DNA of 64,000 nucleotides from Escherichia coli (GTDB lineage Bacteria; Pseudomonadota; Gammaproteobacteria; Enterobacterales; Enterobacteriaceae): NCBI RefSeq assembly GCF_050920415.1, contig NZ_CP169309.1; one strand, 5' to 3'. Shown piece by piece: positions 54,961 to 64,000 of this stretch (position 1 is its first letter; each line of letters starts with the position of its first letter). The notes under the pieces were generated by a model. It saw only the letters and a program-made list of their open reading frames with translations, ran no database searches and was not told where the DNA came from. The position numbers and the translations under genes were made by a program.

Positions 54961-55835
54961 TGCAATTTTCCCCCCGCCGCGGCGACGGCTTCGCTAATCA
55001 CTTTTTTGGTCATCGTCTGGATGAGATGCAGACGAAACTCTTTGCTGGCCCGCCATGAAGAACGCGGGGCGACATCCTGCAGGACTGATTCGCTGATGGC
55101 TTCCAGCGTTTGCAGGTTTAATGGCGCATTTTGTGCAGTTTGTTCGGCATGTTGGCAGCGAATCGGCGTTGGCGCGGCAACGCCAAATGCCAGGCGTAAT
55201 TCGCTGAAATTGCCGTTATCCAGTCGGCAATGTGCGGCACAGCCAATCGTTGAAATATCCATCGCATCGCGCATGGCATATTTAAAATGGGCGCTGCCTG
55301 CGTGTTCTTTCGGCTGGGGCGGAAAATGAAAGGCGACAAGGATTTCGTCATGCTCAAGGGACACTTTGCCCGGTCCGGTGTGGAAGCCATTAATCGGGAC
55401 GAAACGAACACCGCGCGGGGAGTGGATCTCCAGCTTCGCATCATAAATTAGCGTTGGCGTGGCAGAATCCGCGCTGGTGGCTCCGTTGCAAATATTTCCT
55501 CCGTAGGTCGCGACGTTACGGATCTGCGGCCCGGCAATGGATGATGCCGCAGCACATAATGCCGGGAGATGACGTTGAGTTACAGGATCTTCAATGAGCT
55601 GGGTAAATGTCGTTGCTGAGCCGATGCGTAGCGAACCATCTTCCGCTAGCGTAATTCCACGAAGCTCCGCCAGATTGTGGATATCAACAATATGGCGATA
55701 ACGGTCATTGTGATGGTGGAGCTGAATCAGTACGTCAGTGCCACCGGCGAGCAGTTTGGCCTGCGGGTTGTCAGCCAGCAGGTTGATGGCATCGGCAAGG
55801 GTTGCTGCGCGATGGTAAGAAGCAAAATCAAACAT
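54957..55835 (-). CDS. xdhB: xanthine dehydrogenase FAD-binding subunit
   Basis: 292 aa; overlaps xdhC start by 4 nt. Confidence 0.93.
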
Positions 55836-55845
55836 GATGTTATCC

Positions 55846-58104
55846 TCAAATCAATCCTGCCAGATGGAACTCTTCATATAACCGTTTTGGCGTCAGCGGC
55901 AGTGTATTGATTGCAACACCGGTAGCCATCTTCACCGCGTTACGAATAGCAGCGGCAACAGGAATTATTGGTGGCTCACCCAGTGACTTATGTCCGTATG
56001 CGGATTGCGGCTCATTGATTTCGACGAACGCGCTTTCCAGTTGTGGCAGATCTGGCATGGTCGGCATTTTGTAATCCAGCAGATTGGGGTTACGTACCAC
56101 GCCGCTTTTCGCATCGATGATCATCTCTTCAAATAGCGCCCAGCCAATGCCCATCCCCATTCCGCCGTGTACCTGACCTTCTGCCAGCAACGGATTAAGA
56201 ATATGACCCGAATCATGAACGTTGAGGATGCGGTTGATGGTGACTTTGCACAGCGCAATATCGACAGTCAGATCAACAAAGGTACAGCCAAACGCCGGTG
56301 GGTTAGTGGTGGTTTTGATGGAGCTTTCGGCAGAGAGCTGCCCGCCGCGTTCAGGGTGGTAGAAGGCGTCCATCGCCAGATCTTTTAACGACAATAACGA
56401 TTCCTCCGGTCGTTCAACCAGCGCGATATGGCCTTTTATTAGGGTCAGATTCATTGCTGACTGATGTAGCATGACAGCGGCGTGAGCGATGATTTTCTCT
56501 TTTAATAACAGTGCCGCACTGCGCAACGCAGGCGCGGCAACATAGCTCTGGCGTGAAGCAAATGCGCCGGGATCGAACGGCGTAACGTCGGTATCTTGTG
56601 TTGAAATAACGCGAACGTCGCTGACCGGAACCCCTACGGTTTCTGCCACCATTTGCGAGAACACGGTGTCGGCACCCTGGCCGATTTCCGTCGCGCCGCT
56701 TTGCACATTGATGGTTCCATCCTGATTCATCAGAAGGCGCGCGCCGGCTATTTCTACGCCGACAGGCCAGGTGTTAGAGGTGTAGCTAAAACAGGCGACG
56801 CCAACGCCCCGGCGTAAATTGCCTTGCTGGTTCTGGCATTCTGCACGGCGTTTTTCCCATTCAAAGATTTTCCGGCCTTTTTCAAGACACTCCGGTAACC
56901 CTGCGCTGTAAATACGTTTGCCCGTGAGCGGATTAGCATCTCCTTCGCGGGCGGCGTTGCGTAAACGAATTTCAATAGGATCAATATTTAACGCTGTCGC
57001 GGCGTCATCAAGCATTGACTCAACGGCAAATACGACTTGTGGCGCGCCATAACCGCGCATCGCTCCAGCCGAGGGGAGGTTGGTATAAAAGGTCTTTGAA
57101 CTGTAAGCGTAGGCACAACGAGGATAAAGGTAAGCGACTTTATTCCCGCCCGCAGAAGCGATGGAGTGCCCGTGAGATGCATAAGCGCCTGTGTTAGACA
57201 GAACATCCAGACTATAGCCTTTCAACGTTCCGTCTCGGTTTACGCCCATTTGCCCGTCAATAGTAAAAGCGTGGCGGGTACGGGTTGCGAGGAAACACTC
57301 TTCACGGCTAAGGGAAACTTTCACCGGAATGCCGCCGAGCTTGCTGGTCAGAAAAGCCGCCATGGGCTCTTCCAGCACATCCTGTTTATTACCAAAACCG
57401 CCACCGACAAACGGTTTGATGACTCGTACGCATGACCAGGGAATACCCAGCGCCTGACCAACCACGCGGCGAACAATGTGCGGGATCTGGGTGCTGGAAA
57501 CGATGGTAATTCGTGAATCATCTTCCATCCATGCCAGAGAGGTCACGCTTTCCATATGACAATGTTGAATGACCGGCGTCTGATAGTGCCCCTGGACCTG
57601 GTGATCGGCGGCATCAATTGTTTGTTGGACATTGCCCGTCGACATCGTGCTTTGTTTAAGTAAATTACCGCCGTTATGGATTGGTGCTGCATCTTCTGCC
57701 AACGCCGCTTCTGGTGTGGTGATAACAGGTAATTCTTGCCACTCAATGCTGACCAATTGCGCCGCTTTTTCTGCAGTAAGTTCATCGCGGGCAACGACGA
57801 TGGCAACGGCGTCACCATGATGACGAACATGGCGAGTTAGTAGTGCGCGATCAGCGGTATCGCGCTTATTTTCGTCAAGTGTCCAGGCATGCCCCGCTGT
57901 AGCGAATGGGATATCAGGCACATCTTCCCAGGTAAAAATTGCCAGTACGCCTGGTAAACTTCTGGCTTGTTCATCATTAATACTTACGGCATAACCATGT
58001 GCGATAGGGCTACGTACATATTTCGCGTAACACATGCCCGCCATAACATAATCGTCAGTATATCGTGCCCGCCCAGTGACCTTAGCAATGGCATCGACGC
58101 GCAT
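55846..58104 (-). CDS. xdhA: xanthine dehydrogenase molybdopterin-binding subunit
   Basis: Track ORF 55846..58143 trimmed to MRVDAIAKVTGRARYTDDY... (752 aa). Confidence 0.93.
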   Translation of the reverse strand: MRVDAIAKVTGRARYTDDYVMAGMCYAKYVRSPIAHGYAVSINDEQARSLPGVLAIFTWEDVPDIPFATAGHAWTLDENKRDTADRALLTRHVRHHGDAVAIVVARDELTAEKAAQLVSIEWQELPVITTPEAALAEDAAPIHNGGNLLKQSTMSTGNVQQTIDAADHQVQGHYQTPVIQHCHMESVTSLAWMEDDSRITIVSSTQIPHIVRRVVGQALGIPWSCVRVIKPFVGGGFGNKQDVLEEPMAAFLTSKLGGIPVKVSLSREECFLATRTRHAFTIDGQMGVNRDGTLKGYSLDVLSNTGAYASHGHSIASAGGNKVAYLYPRCAYAYSSKTFYTNLPSAGAMRGYGAPQVVFAVESMLDDAATALNIDPIEIRLRNAAREGDANPLTGKRIYSAGLPECLEKGRKIFEWEKRRAECQNQQGNLRRGVGVACFSYTSNTWPVGVEIAGARLLMNQDGTINVQSGATEIGQGADTVFSQMVAETVGVPVSDVRVISTQDTDVTPFDPGAFASRQSYVAAPALRSAALLLKEKIIAHAAVMLHQSAMNLTLIKGHIALVERPEESLLSLKDLAMDAFYHPERGGQLSAESSIKTTTNPPAFGCTFVDLTVDIALCKVTINRILNVHDSGHILNPLLAEGQVHGGMGMGIGWALFEEMIIDAKSGVVRNPNLLDYKMPTMPDLPQLESAFVEINEPQSAYGHKSLGEPPIIPVAAAIRNAVKMATGVAINTLPLTPKRLYEEFHLAGLI

Positions 58105-58198
58105 GCATGATTCACCCGTAGCGGTTGCTTCCCGCGCTTCCATAGAAATCCCCTCGATTTGAACATTTGGTTCTTATGGCAAAGATTTAGTCTAAGCA

Positions 58199-58215
58199 GG
58201 CAAGATTTACGCCAG
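58199..58215 (-). promoter_or_regulatory. candidate sigma-54 (-24/-12) promoter for xdhABC
   Basis: Minus strand reads CTGGCGTAAATCTTGCC: TGGC and TTGC cores at correct spacing, about 95 nt upstream of xdhA ATG. Confidence 0.35.
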
Positions 58216-58558
58216 AAACGACGATAAACGTTAGGGGAGGAAGGAAGTGTGATGACGTTAAAAAAATACAGATACGATACGAAACAGGACTTTAAATAGG
58301 GACAGTGATACGTATCAATATGAGTGGCGATAAAATCAATGTGATAAATTAGGATTATTACGCATCAGGATGGGAAATAGGGTAAAAGAGTCAGGAACTT
58401 CGATACCTCTACAGCGAATATTTTGCTTATGATACTTCCCTTTGCCAAATGAAATTAATCTCTTTCTCAATTATCTCGTTTTTCCAGAAGCAAGAGATTG
58501 GGTATCAAGTGGCTGGCTGCTATGATATGGCGTCTTGTTTTTTAAGCGAGGAAAGATT

Positions 58559-59314
58559 TTGAGTGCGGGACGCCTGAATAAAAAATCTCTGGGTATCGTG
58601 ATGTTGTTATCGGTTGGACTGCTTTTGGCGGGCTGTTCGGGTAGCAAATCATCCGATACAGGAACGTATTCCGGCTCCGTTTACACCGTGAAACGGGGGG
58701 ATACGCTATATCGTATTTCGCGCACCACGGGAACCAGCGTAAAAGAACTTGCGCGACTGAACGGCATTTCACCCCCTTACACCATTGAAGTTGGTCAGAA
58801 ACTAAAACTGGGTGGGGCGAAAAATAGCAGTAGTACACGTAAAGCAACCGCCAAATCAACGACCAAAACCGCATCGGTTACACCGTCATCAGCGGTACCG
58901 AAATCTTCCTGGCCGCCAGTAGGGCAACGTTGTTGGTTATGGCCAACGACAGGGAAAGTTATCATGCCGTATTCGACAGCTGATGGCGGCAATAAAGGGA
59001 TTGATATCTCTGCTCCACGGGGTACACCTATTTACGCCGCGGGTGCAGGAAAGGTGGTGTATGTGGGCAACCAGCTGCGTGGCTACGGTAATCTCATCAT
59101 GATTAAACACAGTGAAGATTACATTACGGCTTACGCCCATAATGACACGATGCTGGTAAATAATGGGCAAAGCGTGAAGGCTGGGCAAAAAATCGCCACT
59201 ATGGGGAGCACTGATGCGGCATCTGTTCGCTTGCATTTCCAGATTCGTTACCGTGCTACGGCAATTGATCCGCTGCGTTACTTGCCGCCTCAGGGCAGCA
59301 AGCCAAAATGCTGA
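58559..59314 (+). CDS. ygeR: LysM / M23 peptidase-domain lipoprotein
   Basis: Track ORF 58535..59314; start placed at TTG 58559 (GAGGAA SD 6 nt upstream) giving MSAGRLNKKSLGIVMLLSVGLLLAGC lipobox; LysM (YTVKRGDTLYRISR) and M23 regions. Confidence 0.88.
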   Translation: MSAGRLNKKSLGIVMLLSVGLLLAGCSGSKSSDTGTYSGSVYTVKRGDTLYRISRTTGTSVKELARLNGISPPYTIEVGQKLKLGGAKNSSSTRKATAKSTTKTASVTPSSAVPKSSWPPVGQRCWLWPTTGKVIMPYSTADGGNKGIDISAPRGTPIYAAGAGKVVYVGNQLRGYGNLIMIKHSEDYITAYAHNDTMLVNNGQSVKAGQKIATMGSTDAASVRLHFQIRYRATAIDPLRYLPPQGSKPKC

Positions 59315-59392
59315 TGGCGAATTAATCAGCAGTCAGCAGCGCGGCACTTGCTAAGAAGAGCGTAAGGTTTATAATGCCTTACGCATCTCGAA

Positions 59393-59466
59393 GCGGGCGT
59401 AGTTCAATGGTAGAACGAGAGCTTCCCAAGCTCTATACGAGGGTTCGATTCCCTTCGCCCGCTCCA
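59393..59466 (+). tRNA. glyU: tRNA-Gly (anticodon CCC)
   Basis: GCGGGCGTAGTTCAATGGTAGAACGAGAGCTTCCCAAGCTCTATACGAGGGTTCGATTCCCTTCGCCCGCTCCA; cloverleaf with CCC anticodon loop and encoded CCA; the 70 aa track ORF across it is spurious. Confidence 0.95.
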
Positions 59467-59686
59467 ATTTATCTTCACCTCACCAACCTGCCATTTTTGT
59501 TGTATCTGATTATCTATATTATCTTAATTCAATCGCTTCAGACTTTTCGCAATCGCCGTAATACTTCCCCATTTTTTTGTAAATAAAAGCGTTTACGCAA
59601 TGCAATCCATTTGTAACAACCCAGGTAAAATACCTTATTTTCAAGTTGTTAAATAAGTGGTTATCTACGCTTTTAACAAACGATAG

Positions 59687-61309
59687 ATGGAATATTTTAT
59701 GAAAGGGAAATCTGCATTAACTCTTCTGCTCGCTGGTATATTTTCGTGCGGCACATGCCAGGCGACAGGGGCAGAAGTGACGAGTGAATCTGTATTTAAC
59801 ATTCTTAATTCCACGGGGGCAGCAACAGATAAAAGTTATTTATCGTTAAATCCAGATAAGTATCCTAATTATCGTCTTCTGATTCACTCAGCCAAATTAC
59901 AAAATGAAATAAAGAGCCACTATACCAAAGACGAAATTCAAGGATTGCTAACATTAACAGAAAACACACGAAAGTTAACGTTGACGGAGAAACCCTGGGG
60001 AACGTTTATTCTTGCTTCTACTTTCGAAGATGACAAAACAGCGGCAGAAACCCACTATGATGCTGTCTGGCTGAGGGATAGTTTATGGGGCTATATGGCA
60101 TTAGTATCAGATCAGGAAAATAGGGTAGCTGCAAAAAAGATTCTGCTCACCCTGTGGGATTATATGTCTACGCCCGACCAGATTAAGCGGATGCAGGACG
60201 TCATTAGCAACCCAAAACGACTGGATGGAATTCCCGGGCAAATGAATGCTGTGCATATCCGATTTGACAGCAACTCCCCCGTGATGGCAGATGTGCAGGA
60301 AGAAGGCAAGCCGCAGCTGTGGAACCATAAACAAAATGATGCGTTAGGTCTTTATCTTGATCTCCTTATACAAGCAATCAATACTGGTACTATTAACGCT
60401 GAAGATTGGCAAAAAGGTGACCGATTAAAATCGGTTGCGCTGCTGATTGCTTATCTGGATAAAGCCAATTTCTATGTTATGGAAGATTCCGGAGCGTGGG
60501 AGGAAGATGCCCGATTAAACACATCTTCCGTTGCACTGGTGACCTCTGGACTGGAACGTTTATCAAACCTACTCTCGAAGAAAGACTCTGTTTTTATCTC
60601 TGATTTACTACGCGAAGCTAAAGCCAATGAACTGGATGAACCACTTTCAACAACGAGGTTGAACCACCTCATAGATAAAGGTTATGAAAGAATAACGCTA
60701 CAGCTTGATTTAGGGGGAGAATCTCCTGGTTATCTGGAAAAAGATAAACATTACAGAGAAGCTGATGCGGCCTTACTTAATGTTATTTATCCTGCAAATC
60801 TTTCAAAGATAAATACCAGAAGAAAAGAGCAAGTTTTAAAAATAGTTAAAAAACTAGCAGGTCCGTATGGTATAAAAAGATACGAGAAGGATAATTATCA
60901 GTCGGCAAATTTTTGGTTCAATGATATTAAAACTGATACTGATGAAAATTCACATGCGAAAAGAGAAAAGAGCTTCATTCCATCAACAGAAGCAGAATGG
61001 TTTTTTGACTCATGGTATGCAAAATCAGCAGCAATTGTTTATAAAGAATCAAGAAAAGAAGAATATTTGAATGACTCAGTGCAATTTATGAATAGATCAT
61101 TGGCCCAAATAACAGGCGAGAATATGATTGGTGCAAATGGCAGGAGCGTACCTGAAATGGCACTTCCCGAAAGCTATAACTATATCCACAAGTCAGGAAC
61201 TTTGCATGAAGCGCCAAGCCCTATCATTCCGCTAAACTGGTCGAAAGCCTCAATGACTCTTATGTTGAAAGAAATGTCCAACCTTATCAATGATGAGGGA
61301 ATTAAATAG
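59687..61309 (+). CDS. secreted protein with glucoamylase-like (GH15-type) motifs, function unknown
   Basis: 540 aa track ORF; alternative start ATG 59699 (MKGKSALTLLLAGIFSCGTCQA signal peptide); motifs YDAVWLRDS and EDSGAWEEDARLNTSSVA resemble the conserved W-x-RD and WEE catalytic regions of GH15 enzymes (from memory, not searched). Confidence 0.6.
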   Translation: MEYFMKGKSALTLLLAGIFSCGTCQATGAEVTSESVFNILNSTGAATDKSYLSLNPDKYPNYRLLIHSAKLQNEIKSHYTKDEIQGLLTLTENTRKLTLTEKPWGTFILASTFEDDKTAAETHYDAVWLRDSLWGYMALVSDQENRVAAKKILLTLWDYMSTPDQIKRMQDVISNPKRLDGIPGQMNAVHIRFDSNSPVMADVQEEGKPQLWNHKQNDALGLYLDLLIQAINTGTINAEDWQKGDRLKSVALLIAYLDKANFYVMEDSGAWEEDARLNTSSVALVTSGLERLSNLLSKKDSVFISDLLREAKANELDEPLSTTRLNHLIDKGYERITLQLDLGGESPGYLEKDKHYREADAALLNVIYPANLSKINTRRKEQVLKIVKKLAGPYGIKRYEKDNYQSANFWFNDIKTDTDENSHAKREKSFIPSTEAEWFFDSWYAKSAAIVYKESRKEEYLNDSVQFMNRSLAQITGENMIGANGRSVPEMALPESYNYIHKSGTLHEAPSPIIPLNWSKASMTLMLKEMSNLINDEGIK

Positions 61310-61375
61310 TTTTCATAATGAGGCGGTCCTGGATTAAAAGGACCGCTCAAAGAGAAATCGAAAGGGGAGGTAAAA

Positions 61376-61555
61376 GTGATCAATAAATTACTGTTAGCTT
61401 ACCTGATAGGTCTGGTTGTGACATCGACTTTAATATTTATCTTCTCGGAAGAAAAAGTAACATATCGGTTGTTTGCTGCAATAATTACAGGTTTAACCTG
61501 GCCGCTTAGTCTCATTCCTTCCATTATAAGTCTCATGATTCGTAAATCCGACTAA
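61376..61555 (+). CDS. small hydrophobic membrane protein (59 aa), hypothetical
   Basis: GTG start preceded at 5 nt by strong SD aaaggggagg; VINKLLLAYLIGLVVTSTLIFIFSEEKVTYRLFAAIITGLTWPLSLIPSIISLMIRKSD has two predicted TM helices; below track length cutoff. Confidence 0.45.
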   Translation: MINKLLLAYLIGLVVTSTLIFIFSEEKVTYRLFAAIITGLTWPLSLIPSIISLMIRKSD

Positions 61556-61900
61556 CAAGAAAATTATATGATCGATTAAGAAAAATAGAATCGAACAGGA
61601 GAATAAAATATATGCGGGGAGTAACAAAACACTCGCAGTGCGTTAATGTGTAACTAACAAATATGATTTGTATTGAAAATAGTCACCAAACAAGTGTTAT
61701 AAGAAATACGGGGTATGTTTAAGTAAAACATATCAACAGTTGCAATTCTGTATATGGACAGGATGACTTACTACTGTAAGTGGCTGATAGCTATTCGCTC
61801 ATAACAAAATGATTATTTTATAAATAGGAATCATCACTTTTTAATCATGTTTTTATTGTAAGTTTATGGAGAATGAGAATATGGAATAAGGAGATGAAAC

Positions 61901-62650
61901 ATGATTGAAGAAGGGCTGTTACTTCCAATGAATGTTTTGCTTCAAGGACAGAAGTTAACCCTACTGGACCCTGAAATGTGGTTCTTACGGGGAAATGAAA
62001 ACAAGGATGTAACCCTTGTTATTACGATTGGTAATAACCATCAAAAATTAATGGTAGTGGAAGACATATTACTGCTCATTGACCGAAGCCAAATTGAGGT
62101 AACTGCAGGGAAAGTAATTTATCATCCACTTCGCATTGATATCCTGAGTAAATTATTAGCTTTTATAGATGAATCAACGGGGAGTGTGGAAAGGGAACAC
62201 CATGACTTGTTTGCTGATGCCTTGCCCTTTGCATCAGAAGTTGTGCTATTCAGTAAAGTTGCAAGTGAAGCCTGGTTTTTAGCCACTTATCTGAGCAGCG
62301 ATAATATTAATGAAATTCTGTTTCAGCATCTAAGAAAAACAGAATGCTATAAACTGGTTCGCTATTTATTATCGCAATCGCTCATACAGACTTCACTCTA
62401 TGATCTTGGTGAGCTTTACGGCGTATCGTATTCACATTTTCGCCGTTTATGTAGTTATGCATTGGGTGGTAAAGTTAAAACGGAATTATGTGGCTGGAGA
62501 GTTGCCAGAGCCGTGTTGGAAATCATTGAAGGAAACAGTGATATGACAACTATTGCGCATAAATATGGCTACTCATCCTCATCACACTTTTCAGCCGAAG
62601 TAAAAAGCCGGTTAGGAAAAACACCGAGAGAACTATGTAAAAAGTTATGA
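61901..62650 (+). CDS. eivF: AraC-family transcriptional regulator, InvF-like (ETT2 EivF-like)
   Basis: 249 aa; C-terminal AraC HTH (YGVSYSHFRRLCS...IAHKYGYSSSSHFSAEVKSRLGKTP); AAGGAG SD; sits directly upstream of and overlapping an InvG-like secretin as invF-invG does in SPI-1. Confidence 0.8.
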   Translation: MIEEGLLLPMNVLLQGQKLTLLDPEMWFLRGNENKDVTLVITIGNNHQKLMVVEDILLLIDRSQIEVTAGKVIYHPLRIDILSKLLAFIDESTGSVEREHHDLFADALPFASEVVLFSKVASEAWFLATYLSSDNINEILFQHLRKTECYKLVRYLLSQSLIQTSLYDLGELYGVSYSHFRRLCSYALGGKVKTELCGWRVARAVLEIIEGNSDMTTIAHKYGYSSSSHFSAEVKSRLGKTPRELCKKL

Positions 62651-64000
62651 AAATAAAATTACGTATTACTATTATATTAATTTCAGTCTTATGCATTTTT
62701 AATGGATTATTGACTCCTGGTGCATATGCCGCAGCAGCGAATGGATACGTAGCAAATAAAGAAAATCTACGTAGTTTTTTTGAAACGGTTTCATCATATG
62801 CGGGTAAGCCTACAATAGTAAGTAAGCTTGCCATGAAGAAACAGATCAGCGGAAATTTTGATTTAACCGAACCCTATGCCTTGATTGAACGCCTGTCGGC
62901 GCAGATGGGACTTATTTGGTACGATGATGGCAAAGCTATTTATATCTATGACTCATCAGAGATGCGTAATGCGCTGATTAATCTGAGAAAGGTATCGACG
63001 AATGAGTTTAATAATTTTTTAAAAAAATCGGGTCTGTATAACTCTCGTTATGAAATTAAAGGGGGCGGCAATGGTACTTTCTATGTATCGGGGCCACCGG
63101 TTTATGTTGACCTGGTCGTTAATGCTGCAAAATTAATGGAGCAAAACAGTGATGGCATTGAGATCGGACGCAATAAAGTAGGTATTATTCACCTGGTTAA
63201 CACATTCGTTAATGACCGGACTTATGAATTACGTGGCGAAAAGATAGTTATTCCTGGCATGGCAAAAGTACTATCGACGTTGTTAAATAATAACATTAAG
63301 CAAAGCACTGGGGTTAACGTACTTTCTGAAATTTCAAGTCGTCAACAACTAAAAAACGTATCACGTATGCCTCCTTTTCCTGGTGCTGAAGAAGATGATG
63401 ACCTACAAGTAGAGAAAATAATATCGACAGCTGGAGCGCCAGAGACTGACGATATACAAATTATTGCATATCCTGATACCAACAGTTTACTTGTTAAAGG
63501 AACAGTATCTCAGGTTGATTTTATCGAGAAGTTAGTGGCTACGCTCGATATTCCAAAGCGACATATTGAATTATCTTTATGGATAATAGATATTGATAAG
63601 ACTGATCTAGAACAGTTAGGAGCTGACTGGTCGGGCACGATAAAAATTGGATCCAGCCTAAGTGCATCATTTAATAATTCAGGTTCAATTAGTACCCTGG
63701 ATGGGACACAGTTTATTGCAACAATACAGGCACTTGCGCAAAAAAGAAGAGCCGCCGTTGTTGCTCGTCCTGTCGTTTTAACACAGGAGAATATTCCTGC
63801 TATATTTGATAATAACCGTACTTTCTATACTAAATTAGTCGGCGAGCGTACTGCGGAGTTGGATGAAGTAACCTATGGTACGATGATTAGCGTGCTACCA
63901 CGATTTGCTTCGCGAAATCAAATTGAATTACTCTTGAATATTGAAGATGGCAATGAAATCAATTCCGACAAGACCAATGTTGATGATCTGCCTCAGGTTG
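62647..64000 (+). CDS. eivG: type III secretion system outer membrane secretin, InvG/MxiD family (partial, continues past window end)
   Basis: ATG at 62647 overlaps eivF stop (ATGA); translation MKIKLRITIILISVLCIF...IVSKLAMKKQISGNFDL...LIWYDDGKAIYIYDSSEMRNAL...NEFNNFLKKSGLYN...GTFYVSGPPVYVDLVVNAA...AYPDTNSLLVKGT...KRHIELSLWIIDIDKTDLEQLG...RPVVLTQENIPAIFDNNRTFYTKL is colinear and highly similar to Salmonella InvG (from memory); not in track because no stop within window. Confidence 0.9.
   Translation, partial: MKIKLRITIILISVLCIFNGLLTPGAYAAAANGYVANKENLRSFFETVSSYAGKPTIVSKLAMKKQISGNFDLTEPYALIERLSAQMGLIWYDDGKAIYIYDSSEMRNALINLRKVSTNEFNNFLKKSGLYNSRYEIKGGGNGTFYVSGPPVYVDLVVNAAKLMEQNSDGIEIGRNKVGIIHLVNTFVNDRTYELRGEKIVIPGMAKVLSTLLNNNIKQSTGVNVLSEISSRQQLKNVSRMPPFPGAEEDDDLQVEKIISTAGAPETDDIQIIAYPDTNSLLVKGTVSQVDFIEKLVATLDIPKRHIELSLWIIDIDKTDLEQLGADWSGTIKIGSSLSASFNNSGSISTLDGTQFIATIQALAQKRRAAVVARPVVLTQENIPAIFDNNRTFYTKLVGERTAELDEVTYGTMISVLPRFASRNQIELLLNIEDGNEINSDKTNVDDLPQV

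Larger units (their letters stand above)
59467..64000. other. glyU-adjacent AT-rich genomic island: proximal end of an ETT2-type type III secretion locus (continues beyond window)
   Basis: Composition shifts to visibly AT-rich immediately 3' of glyU; contains InvF-like and InvG-like genes; tRNA genes are classic island integration sites; no integrase or IS seen inside window. Confidence 0.65.

Noticed and set aside
59374-59586. 70 aa plus-strand ORF
   Set aside because: Its coding sequence runs straight through the tRNA-Gly glyU gene (59393-59466); artefact.

Overview
This window is a contiguous piece of an Escherichia coli chromosome (the serA–gcvTHP–lysS–xdh–glyU neighbourhood), in reverse orientation relative to the K-12 reference, and almost all of it is known, conserved genes. 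Identification rests on reading the six-frame translations and recognising the proteins from memory; no database search was run. Gene order is: rpiA (3' end), serA, the ibsC/sibC toxin-antitoxin, ygfA(fau), ssrS (6S RNA), zapA, ygfB-pepP-ubiH-ubiI, gcvT-gcvH-gcvP, ygfF, bglA, yqfB, yqfA, a REP cluster, ygfZ, sdhE-ygfX, fldB, xerD-dsbC-recJ, prfB (programmed +1 frameshift)-lysS, idi, uacT, ygfT-ygfS, ghxQ-guaD-xanQ, the putative selenium-dependent molybdenum hydroxylase block (ygfK-ssnA-ygfM-xdhD, mocA, yqeC-yqeB), the ygeW-dpaL-ygeY-hyuA-yqeA operon, ygeV (sigma-54 activator), xdhABC, ygeR and tRNA-Gly glyU. Immediately after glyU the sequence becomes AT-rich and encodes a secreted GH15-like protein, a small membrane protein, an InvF-like AraC regulator and the start of an InvG-family type III secretion secretin, which is the glyU-proximal end of an ETT2-type island that K-12 has lost. 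I found no CRISPR array, IS element, integrase or obviously novel multi-gene system in the window. The most interesting material is the island edge and its unexplained cargo, the experimentally poorly characterised xdh/ygf/yge block with candidate sigma-54 promoters, and a few small features missing from the ORF track (ibsC/sibC, a leader-like uORF, a 59-codon membrane ORF). Coordinates of hairpins and promoter candidates are approximate to a few bases.
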